NCBI RefSeq assembly: GCF_003428155.1
Contig: NZ_QLIR01000013.1
Span: 17,917 to 49,916, forward strand
Length of the DNA stretch: 32,000 nt
From: Fastidiosibacter lacustris
Lineage (GTDB): Bacteria; Pseudomonadota; Gammaproteobacteria; Francisellales; Francisellaceae
Direction of reading: 5' to 3'
In this document: positions 20,062 through 28,106 of the stretch, piece by piece
How the letters are laid out: the number at the start of each line of letters is the position of its first letter
How positions within the stretch are numbered: position 1 is the stretch's first letter
Translations under genes and position numbers: made by a program
Notes under the pieces: model-generated
The model's input: the letters and a program-made list of their open reading frames with translations, nothing else
The model's database searches: none
What the model was told of the DNA's origin: nothing

Positions 20062-20560
20062 TACCGTCTCCAATGTGTACTTGTCTTTTAATTGTAGTCC
20101 ATTTGTGACTACAAAGCAAATTTTCAACCAACCAATAAGGAAAAAAACATGAAAGAAAAGGGAAAAATCCTAAAATTATCAATAACTGCATCAATGGCAG
20201 CATCATTGTTAGCGCTTTCAGTCAAGACTAATTAATATAAGAAGTACATAAAGTAAATATCCAAAACCTTGCTTTGTGTTGCCTAGGTTTTAACTTATGA
20301 GATTGTTATAGCAAATCAAGAAAAATAAAGTAATGCTTCAGTTAGTATTGTATACTTTTTGCTTCTTGTACAAAGTCTATTGAATTGACATCATTATAAC
20401 ATATCTATATATCTAGTCATATGGATAAATTAAACGTCATAAGCGCCCTATTTGGCACTAAACCTCTGAAAATCAAACCGGACTAGGTGAAATGAATATT
20501 ATAAACCTTCTGATAAAACTGCCAGAATTACGAATAATTGTTAATAAATAAGGAAAAACT

Positions 20561-20920
20561 ATGCTTCAAATACTTTATGCACCACCAATACTCAGCATTT
20601 TGCTGCTAACTGCCTCAAATATATTTATGACTTTCGCATGGTACGGGCATCTTAAGTTTAAGACTGCACCATTATTTATAGTAATTTTGATAAGTTGGGG
20701 GATAGCGTTTTTTGAGTATTGCCTACAGGTTCCTGCCAATAGGATCGGGCATGGTCATTTTTCCGCCGTTGAACTGAAAACAATTCAGGAAGTAATTACA
20801 TTACTTGTTTTTATGGCGTTTTCAGTTTTGTATTTGGGCGAGAATATACACTGGAACCATCTTGCAGGGTTTGCATTCATTGCGCTTGGCGCTTTCTTTA
20901 TCTTTCATAAATGGGTGTGA
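20561..20920 (+). CDS. DMT-family/DUF486-like small membrane protein
   Basis: 119 aa; ASNIFMTFAWYGHLKFKTAPLFIVILISWGIAFFEYCLQVPANRIGHGHFSAVELKTIQEVITLLVFMAFSVLYLGE: characteristic DUF486 sequence. Confidence 0.88.
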   Translation: MLQILYAPPILSILLLTASNIFMTFAWYGHLKFKTAPLFIVILISWGIAFFEYCLQVPANRIGHGHFSAVELKTIQEVITLLVFMAFSVLYLGENIHWNHLAGFAFIALGAFFIFHKWV

Positions 20921-21017
20921 TGATGAAAAAGTCCCCCACAATGGGTAATGAATAAGAAATTAAGAACATATAAATATTTATGCTTTCATAATAGATTAGC
21001 ATTACTATCGAGCTTTG

Positions 21018-21890
21018 TTAAGCCACGATTCTCCATGCACTTTTATCGGTAAGTAAAACTCTAAGTAGTTTATTATTTAAAGCATGGCTAGATTTATAAC
21101 AGTTAAAGTAACCGATAATATGACCGCCAACATAAAAATCACCAATTGCATCTAAGAGTTTATGTTTAACGAATTCATCAGGATAACGAAGTCCTTCTGG
21201 ATTGGCGATGCCGTCTTTCGTAATGCCAACTGCATTGTCAAGGGATGCTCCTTTGGCAAGGTTATTGGTATGCAAATACTCCAGTTGGTCGACAAAACCA
21301 AAAGTTCTTGCACGTGAAATACGTTCAATATAATCTTGTTGTTCTCCAGAGAATTCCACAACACAAGGTGTATTGGCAATAACAGGATGATCCCATTGAA
21401 TTTCAAACCGATAATGAGTTGACTCTGTAGGTAATACTTCTGCAAATTTATCAGCTTCTTGGACTCGTACGGGTTTTAGCACTTTTATAGATTTACGTGC
21501 TTTGCTTTGTGCTTTTACTCCAACTTTTTTTAAGGCTTTAACGAATTCAATACTGCTGCCATCCATAACTGGAAGCTCAGGAGCATCAATTTCCACAATA
21601 ATATTATCAACTCTAAATATACATAATGTCGACATTAAGTGCTCTATGGTTGAAATGCTGACATTTTTGTCATCTGGAGAAGCCAATAAAGTGCACATAA
21701 TCGCTTCAGTAATATTAAAAGGCGTGATTTTAATCTCTTTGGCTGGGGTAAAATCGACACGTTTAAATATAATACCCATATCTGTGTCTGCAGGCAGTAA
21801 ACGCATATTCACTTTTGTCCCTGAATGAATACCAATACCAGAAAGCATGATCACATCAGAAATTGTGTGTTGATACATATTTATGTCCAT
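21018..21890 (-). CDS. lpxC: UDP-3-O-acyl-N-acetylglucosamine deacetylase
   Basis: 290 aa; GIGIHSG, STIEHLMSTLCIFRVDNIIVEIDAPELPVMDGSS, FVKHKLLDAIGDFYVGG, SSHALNNKLLR: zinc-binding and catalytic motifs intact. Confidence 0.93.
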   Translation of the reverse strand: MDINMYQHTISDVIMLSGIGIHSGTKVNMRLLPADTDMGIIFKRVDFTPAKEIKITPFNITEAIMCTLLASPDDKNVSISTIEHLMSTLCIFRVDNIIVEIDAPELPVMDGSSIEFVKALKKVGVKAQSKARKSIKVLKPVRVQEADKFAEVLPTESTHYRFEIQWDHPVIANTPCVVEFSGEQQDYIERISRARTFGFVDQLEYLHTNNLAKGASLDNAVGITKDGIANPEGLRYPDEFVKHKLLDAIGDFYVGGHIIGYFNCYKSSHALNNKLLRVLLTDKSAWRIVA

Positions 21891-22120
21891 TTGCTATAAC
21901 ATGAAGCCATTATTGCTTATCCACCTATACTCAGCAACTCTAAGAAAGCATTAATATTGAATAAATTGATCGTCACTTTACTATAACTACGAAACCAAAG
22001 ACTATAAAATAACTTGTAGTGGCTATAAAGTAAGGTGCTGCATTGTACTGAAATTCTTTACATGCTAGGGAATGAGAATTAGCATATACTATTTGTAGGT
22101 TTTATATTGAAAGTATAATA

Positions 22121-22510
22121 ATGAACATCAGACCTCAATACCATTTTAGGCGATCAAAAGAAGGTAGGCTTTTGATTTGGGATGTTCGTAAGCTTATTAC
22201 TCAAGCACAATCCCTTGATAAAAGGCTTGTGAAAATATCAGACCTCACAGAGGTGGATGAATGTTATTGGTATGAACCAGGCGGCGATCAACCAACGTGT
22301 AGAAGTGTTACAGAGCATGCAAAAATCATCCAAGAATCTGACCTAAATTACCCAATTATTTTGTGCCAACAGGGCAAGATAATGGATGGTATGCACAGAG
22401 TATGTAAAGCAATGATACTGGGGCATAAGATGATTTATGCCGTGCAGTTTAAATATTATATCGATCCTGATTATATCGATCTGGACCCCAAAGACCTAAA
22501 TTATGATTAA
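22121..22510 (+). CDS. Small ParB/sulfiredoxin-fold-like protein
   Basis: 129 aa; ...ITEHAKIIQESDLNYPIILCQQGKIMDGMHRVCKAMILGH resembles the ParB-like 'pIil-dg-kIlDG-HR--a' motif. Confidence 0.5.
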   Translation: MNIRPQYHFRRSKEGRLLIWDVRKLITQAQSLDKRLVKISDLTEVDECYWYEPGGDQPTCRSVTEHAKIIQESDLNYPIILCQQGKIMDGMHRVCKAMILGHKMIYAVQFKYYIDPDYIDLDPKDLNYD

Positions 22511-23162
22511 TGTATATATTGTTGATATAAACAAATTTGATTATGAAAAAACGAATCGTCTGCTTCCAAAAGCTATCAGGTATCAAGCAGAAAATTTTAA
22601 GCTAGAAAAGAAACGCAAGGAATATCTGGCATCTCAATGGCTAAGATACCATGTATTAAGTGAATACTTAGCATGCGATTGGAAATTACTGCAATTTAGT
22701 TATACCCAAAAGGGTCGTCCTTATCTTAGCGATTACCCAGAGCTTGACTTTAATATCAGCCATAGCAAACACTACGTGGTGATGGCACTTACAAAAGGGC
22801 AGCGTGTTGGGATAGATATTCAAACAATGAAAGAAAAGATAGATGTACTGAGTATTGCTAAACATTATTTCAGTGACTGTGAATATCAATGGCTTTGTCA
22901 ATTAAACGAAGATCAACAACTTCAACGTTTCTATTGGTTATGGACGTATAAGGAAGCAAGCTTAAAACTTACAGGTGACGGTATTGCCAATGGGTTAAGT
23001 GAGTTTAAGTTTACGATGGGTAATAAAGAAGAGAAGCCTTTAGAGTTATTGCCTGAAGTAACAAAAAAACTTTTTTATTATTCAATGAAACTTGATCATG
23101 ATACTTTGCTGTGTATCGCATATGAACAAAGTGCCGCAAAGTACACTATTTTGAGGCTTTGA
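22503..23162 (+). CDS. 4'-phosphopantetheinyl transferase, Sfp/HetI family
   Basis: 219 aa; RPYLSDYPELDFNISHSKHYVVMALTKGQRVGIDIQ and FYWLWTYKEASLKLTGDG; 8-nt overlap with upstream ORF. Confidence 0.88.
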   Translation: MINVYIVDINKFDYEKTNRLLPKAIRYQAENFKLEKKRKEYLASQWLRYHVLSEYLACDWKLLQFSYTQKGRPYLSDYPELDFNISHSKHYVVMALTKGQRVGIDIQTMKEKIDVLSIAKHYFSDCEYQWLCQLNEDQQLQRFYWLWTYKEASLKLTGDGIANGLSEFKFTMGNKEEKPLELLPEVTKKLFYYSMKLDHDTLLCIAYEQSAAKYTILRL

Positions 23163-23166
23163 AGAG

Positions 23167-24243
23167 TTATCGACGAATACTTGCCCCAATTGATTCTAAA
23201 CGTTTTTGAAGGCTAGGATGGGTGGAAAACATATCATCCACATTGCCTGTGGAAAATTTAGCACTGGCTGGATCATAAAGATAAGACGCACGACGCATGC
23301 GCTCATTTGCATTATGCGCGTAGCTTTGTGCGCTTTGTGGCTCACTGTGATTTTGACTAATTTTAATCAACGCATTGGCCATTGGTTTATTATCGCGCAT
23401 AAGCTCCACAGCTCCGGCATCAGCCATATATTCTCTTGTCCGACTTAAAAACAATGTCATAAGACTAGTAATAATCGGTAAGACAAATCGTAATAGCATG
23501 AGTAACATAAAGATAACCGTCATAATATTGCCACTATTGTTGTTATCGCGACGGTTGCGGTTCCCACCAAATAAAGTGGAATAAAATAAGAATTCAACCA
23601 TAAACATCAACATGTTCGACAATACAATAGAGAACAAATTCAATTTGATGTCTTGGTTGCGAATGTGTGTTAATTCATGTGCCATCACCGCTTGTAGTTC
23701 ATCACGAGTTAAGCGATTAGCCAAAGCTCGAGTAACTGCTACCATTGAGGATTTTTCTGAAAAACCCGACGCAAATGCGTTCATGTAATTTGCTTCAATC
23801 AAATAGACTCTCGGCATATACGACATGTTAGCTGCAATTTTCATCTCTTCGGTAACATTATAAATGCGTTGGCATAAGGGATCAGGATCGTTTGGATATA
23901 TTTCTTTATATTGAGTGCCAGCGAGCATGATTTTGTCGTAATAGCTAAATGTTGCCATAAGCCAAACAAAAGCAATTACCGTTGAAATGATAGTTGCCCA
24001 CGGTGTAAGCTTTAAACTTACAATCAAATAAGCAATATCACTTAAATCAACCATATGCCCGCTATAAGTTATGAGGCTGCTATATTGAACATAACGCCAA
24101 ATTAGATCAATTAAAAAGCCCAACGCAAAAAAAATAATCAAAAAAAACGTGATGACGATATAAGATTTACGAGTATTCTTTTTGACGACCTCACGCCAAT
24201 CAACGCTGTTGATATCAAGTGCAGCCATGCTTTTACAACTCAA
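23167..24243 (-). CDS. M48-family zinc metalloprotease, HtpX-like
   Basis: 358 aa; AVMAHELTHIRNQDIKL HExxH motif, FSRTREYMADAGAVEL-like LSRTREYMADAGAVEL, multiple TM segments. Confidence 0.9.
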   Translation of the reverse strand: MSCKSMAALDINSVDWREVVKKNTRKSYIVITFFLIIFFALGFLIDLIWRYVQYSSLITYSGHMVDLSDIAYLIVSLKLTPWATIISTVIAFVWLMATFSYYDKIMLAGTQYKEIYPNDPDPLCQRIYNVTEEMKIAANMSYMPRVYLIEANYMNAFASGFSEKSSMVAVTRALANRLTRDELQAVMAHELTHIRNQDIKLNLFSIVLSNMLMFMVEFLFYSTLFGGNRNRRDNNNSGNIMTVIFMLLMLLRFVLPIITSLMTLFLSRTREYMADAGAVELMRDNKPMANALIKISQNHSEPQSAQSYAHNANERMRRASYLYDPASAKFSTGNVDDMFSTHPSLQKRLESIGASIRR

Positions 24244-24811
24244 CTCGACTGTCTTCTAATACTTGACGTTTATCGTCACTGACCTGCCAATAAATAAAGT
24301 TTTCATCAAGCTTATTTTTAAACATGTTGACAACAATGCTGGCAATCATTGATTTTTTATGTGCATTGTATTTTTCAATACTGTCGTTAAAGGCTTGTTT
24401 TGAGAAGGCAAGCTTATTTTCAGTAGAGGTAATTTCCTCTTGCAATTGCATTACGTTTTGGTTTGCCTTTAAGTCTGGGTAGTTTTCAAATTGAACGTTT
24501 AGGCTACCAGCAATTCTTGAGATTTCATTTTCGGCAGCCATTCGAGTTTGAATATCGCCTTGTGCTTTAGCTTGATTAGATTGATTACGAAGTGCAGTAA
24601 CATCTTTTAACGTTGTTTGCTCATAATTCATGTATTTTCTGACAACGTTGATGAGCGAGTCAAACACTTTGCCACGGCGATCAAGTTGGACATCGATTTG
24701 GCGTTCAGAGTTTTTCACTGCTTCAATTTCGGCGATGAGGCTGTTATAAGTCATTAAAACATAACCAAATATAACGGCTAAGATGACAATGATAATGATC
24801 ATGGCAACCAT
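24233..24811 (-). CDS. lemA: LemA family protein
   Basis: 192 aa; YNSLIAEIEAVKNSERQIDVQLDRRGKVFDSLINVVRKYMNYEQTTLKDVTALR, QFENYPDLKANQNVMQLQEEITSTENKLAFSKQAFNDSIEKYN; overlaps M48 gene start. Confidence 0.95.
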   Translation of the reverse strand: MVAMIIIIVILAVIFGYVLMTYNSLIAEIEAVKNSERQIDVQLDRRGKVFDSLINVVRKYMNYEQTTLKDVTALRNQSNQAKAQGDIQTRMAAENEISRIAGSLNVQFENYPDLKANQNVMQLQEEITSTENKLAFSKQAFNDSIEKYNAHKKSMIASIVVNMFKNKLDENFIYWQVSDDKRQVLEDSRVEL

Positions 24812-25023
24812 GATGTAAGCTCCTATAAAAATATGATTGTTGTATATACCGATTCTAAACCTTTTACAACTTTTATGCTAAATCAGAAAAGGTGTAAAGT
24901 GTTTCATAATAGGGATGAATTATTCCCAAACAATCATAATTTGCCATTTATGCTGCTGGCATTCAAGCATAATGTGTTTCATAATGTGCTCTATTTTAGA
25001 AATAAGCTATTTGAGATATTACT

Positions 25024-25707
25024 ATGCTTAATTCCATTGTGATAGAGCCTCAGAGTTCAGTAACTCATGTTGTGATTTGGTTACATGGTTTGGGGGCAGA
25101 CGGGCATGATTTTGAGGCTGTTGTGCCAGAATTGAATTTGCCAACCTCTACCAATATTCGCTTTATTTTTCCACATGCCCCTGTTTTACCTATTACGATC
25201 AATATGGGTATGCAGATGCGTGCATGGTATGATATTAAGCAGATAGATGATATCAAACGAGACGTTGATATAAAAGGAATAGAAACGTCGTTGGTGCGTA
25301 TTGAGTCAATTGTTAAGGAACAAATCGATCAAGGCATAACCGTAGAAAATATCATGTTGGCGGGCTTCTCACAAGGAGGAGTCATTGCTGCACTTGTGGC
25401 TTTAACCTCACCTTATTGTTTTACTGGTGTGATACTTTTGTCCACTTACTTACCAGATTGGGACTATTTTAAAACCAAAATTATAAAGAAAAATCAGAAA
25501 ATGCCTTTCTTCATTGGTCATGGTGTGCAAGATCCGATTGTGCCATTTGCTGCGGGTGAGCTTGTAAATACAATATTAACAGAAGGAGGTTTTACCACGA
25601 ATTTTCACCGCTATCAAATGGAGCATAGTGTTTGTTTACAGGAGATTAATGACATCAGTGAATTTATCAAGAAACGGTTTAGGTTAATAAATGGTAGCGC
25701 GTACTAA
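25024..25707 (+). CDS. Carboxylesterase / phospholipase-type alpha/beta hydrolase
   Basis: 227 aa; THVVIWLHGLGADGHDFEAVVPEL, MLAGFSQGGVIAAL, FIGHGVQDPIVPF, Ser-Asp-His triad context. Confidence 0.9.
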   Translation: MLNSIVIEPQSSVTHVVIWLHGLGADGHDFEAVVPELNLPTSTNIRFIFPHAPVLPITINMGMQMRAWYDIKQIDDIKRDVDIKGIETSLVRIESIVKEQIDQGITVENIMLAGFSQGGVIAALVALTSPYCFTGVILLSTYLPDWDYFKTKIIKKNQKMPFFIGHGVQDPIVPFAAGELVNTILTEGGFTTNFHRYQMEHSVCLQEINDISEFIKKRFRLINGSAY

Positions 25708-26611
25708 AATTACCATTGCCTCACGTGATAGTCAACTTGCAATTTGGCAGACACATTACGTAAAAGACCTGCTGAAAAAGGCGTATCCACACTTGGTATG
25801 TGACATTGTCACAATGAAAACCCAAGGCGATAAGATACTGGATCGACCGTTAAATGAGATAGGTGGTAAAGCCCTTTTTATGAAAGAGTTGGAAATTGCG
25901 ATTGAACAAGGTAAGGCAGATATTGCTGTTCACTCTTTAAAAGATGTGCCATATGAGTTACCTAAAGGTTTTGCTTTAGGTGCATTCTGTGGACGTGAGA
26001 ATCCGCAAGATGCTTTAGTATCAAATCACTATCAGCACTTGGACGCACTTCCACAAAAAGCAGTTGTTGGAACATCGAGTTTACGTCGTAAGGCACAACT
26101 GTTAGCATATCGTCCTGATTTAGATATTCGTGATTTGCGTGGCAATGTCCAAACTCGACTTAGGAAACTGGATGAAGGTCACTATGATGCAATTGTTTTA
26201 GCCGCAGCAGGGCTGATTCGCTTAGGCTTAGATGATCGAGTAAAACAGCTTATTCCAGTAGATACCTTGCTACCAGCAGTCGGTCAAGGAATTTTGGTCG
26301 TTGAGTATTTGCAACAAGATGACGAACTAAAAACACTTTTAACTGCAATTAATCATCAACCCAGTCAAATAATGGCCGAAGCAGAACGTAGCTTTAATAT
26401 GCGTTTACAAGGTGGTTGCCATGTACCAATTGCAGCATTTTGTCAGTTATTAGATACAACAAGACTGAAATTAATGGCAATGGTGGCTAACAGTGGTGGT
26501 ACAAGAGTCTTAAAACATTGCATAATAGGCCACGATCCTATAGCGCTTGGTATTGAATTGGCAGAGAAAATGATTGAATTGGGCGCTAAAAAAATATTGC
26601 TTAGTGATTGA
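25691..26611 (+). CDS. hemC: Porphobilinogen deaminase (hydroxymethylbilane synthase)
   Basis: 306 aa; IASRDSQLAIWQ, TMKTQGDKILDRPLNEIGGKALFMKELE, DIAVHSLKDVP, GTSSLRRKAQL, RGNVQTRLRKLDEG, GGCHVPIAAF. Confidence 0.97.
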   Translation: MVARTKITIASRDSQLAIWQTHYVKDLLKKAYPHLVCDIVTMKTQGDKILDRPLNEIGGKALFMKELEIAIEQGKADIAVHSLKDVPYELPKGFALGAFCGRENPQDALVSNHYQHLDALPQKAVVGTSSLRRKAQLLAYRPDLDIRDLRGNVQTRLRKLDEGHYDAIVLAAAGLIRLGLDDRVKQLIPVDTLLPAVGQGILVVEYLQQDDELKTLLTAINHQPSQIMAEAERSFNMRLQGGCHVPIAAFCQLLDTTRLKLMAMVANSGGTRVLKHCIIGHDPIALGIELAEKMIELGAKKILLSD

Positions 26612-26652
26612 TTTAATTTTAAATCTAGATACTATTTGGTCAAATTTATTTG

Positions 26653-27228
26653 TCATTTTAAGAATATCAACTTTTCGATGAAACGTAAGAAGCTAAAAAA
26701 ACTTTCTTGAAAAGGACGCCTTAAATAGTTGGTATAAGGCTTGGTAACTAAGATTGGGAAACTACCTGCTAAAATGCACGCAAGACAACCAGTTAATAGC
26801 CTATCATCGACAAGGGCAAGCTCACGAGGTTTGCAGTTTACCAGTTGTTGAATTTTAATAAGACCATCAGGATAGGGTTTTTTTGCAACATCATTGATAA
26901 AACGGATATTCGGGAAATTATTTGCAAAATATTCTGCTCGTTCAAGAGTTGGTTTATTTGAGAGGATAAAGACGTTTTTTTGACTATATTTTTGGGATAA
27001 AACTTTTAACCAATCAAAAATATGTTCATCTGGCAAAGGTTGTCCATGCGGAGCAAGAACGCCATCAAAATCAAGAGCTATATATTTAATGCCAAGCACT
27101 TTGAGCTTATTTGGGTTAAGTTGAGTCACTTGATCGATTTGGTGTTTATTCTGGCAAATGGCTTTTATTTTCTTTCGTTGTGAGATACTGTTTTTGATTG
27201 TAAAACTAAATCTTCCCATTATCATCAT
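26653..27228 (-). CDS. HAD-superfamily (YqeG/HAD-IIIA-like) phosphatase
   Basis: 191 aa; KYIALDFDGVLAPHG (motif I), VFILSNKP (motif II), KKPYPDGL (motif III-like), ELALVDDRLLTG (motif IV). Confidence 0.75.
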   Translation of the reverse strand: MMIMGRFSFTIKNSISQRKKIKAICQNKHQIDQVTQLNPNKLKVLGIKYIALDFDGVLAPHGQPLPDEHIFDWLKVLSQKYSQKNVFILSNKPTLERAEYFANNFPNIRFINDVAKKPYPDGLIKIQQLVNCKPRELALVDDRLLTGCLACILAGSFPILVTKPYTNYLRRPFQESFFSFLRFIEKLIFLK

Positions 27229-28106
27229 CCATTTGTTGTATGCGTAATGCTTTGTGTTTCCTGAATGGTAAGTGCCTTTTTATACAGTGCATTTTTCTTA
27301 CCAGCAGTGAGCTCAACTGCAATCGCAACTGCCTTTTTAATTGGCAATTCCGCTAATAGTAGATGAAGCAACTTATCCTCATCAATTGTTGTTTGTGCTG
27401 TTTCAATAACACTTTGTCCTTCTATCAGTACCACAAATTCTCCTTTTACCAAATATGGGTCGGTTTGAAACTGTTGTAATATCTCGTGTGCCTTGCCACT
27501 TGAAAAGCGTTCAAATTGTTTGGTAAGCTCTTTTGCAATTACAATATTGTGCATAGGTAACACTGCCGCAATATCCTCTAGCGTTCCAACAATACGATGC
27601 GTGGACTCATAAAAAACGGTTGTGATTGTTGTCTGCTGTAGTGTTTTTAAGACACTTTTACGAGTACTACTTTTGGCAGGTAAAAAACCTTTGAATTGAA
27701 AACTATCTGTTGCTAAGCCTGCTACACAAAGAGCGGTGATTAATGCACTTACACCTGGAATAGGCGTGACTTTATAGCCACAAGCCTTGAGCTCTTTTAT
27801 CAGGGTAAACCCAGGATCACTAATAAGAGGCGTGCCAGCATCACTTACAAGCAAGGTGATTTTGCCTAAATCCAAGTAGTGCATGAGTTGTTCTATACGC
27901 TTACTTTCATTATGCTCATGACAGGAAATTAAGGTCGGTGGCGTAATCCCATATTGCTCAAGTAGCTTTCGTGTCACACGTGTATCTTCAGCAAAGATGA
28001 CTTCTGCTGCTTTGAGCGTTTCCAATGCACGCAAAGTAATATCTTGTAAGTTACCAATTGGTGTGGCAACGACGTAAAGTACACCGCATTCAATTTGATT
28101 TTTCAT
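27225..28106 (-). CDS. rsmI: 16S rRNA (cytidine-2'-O)-methyltransferase RsmI
   Basis: 293 aa; GVLYVVATPIGNLQDITLRALETLKAAEVIFAEDTRVTRKLL, LVSDAGTPLISDPG, PGVSALITAL. Confidence 0.95.
   Translation of the reverse strand: MKNQIECGVLYVVATPIGNLQDITLRALETLKAAEVIFAEDTRVTRKLLEQYGITPPTLISCHEHNESKRIEQLMHYLDLGKITLLVSDAGTPLISDPGFTLIKELKACGYKVTPIPGVSALITALCVAGLATDSFQFKGFLPAKSSTRKSVLKTLQQTTITTVFYESTHRIVGTLEDIAAVLPMHNIVIAKELTKQFERFSSGKAHEILQQFQTDPYLVKGEFVVLIEGQSVIETAQTTIDEDKLLHLLLAELPIKKAVAIAVELTAGKKNALYKKALTIQETQSITHTTNG

Noticed and set aside
19795-20127. Extended N-terminus of the antitoxin ORF (MKICFVVTNGLQLKDKYTLETV...)
   Set aside because: The conserved RelB/DinJ start is MSTNNTYVR at 20061; upstream residues are most likely not translated.
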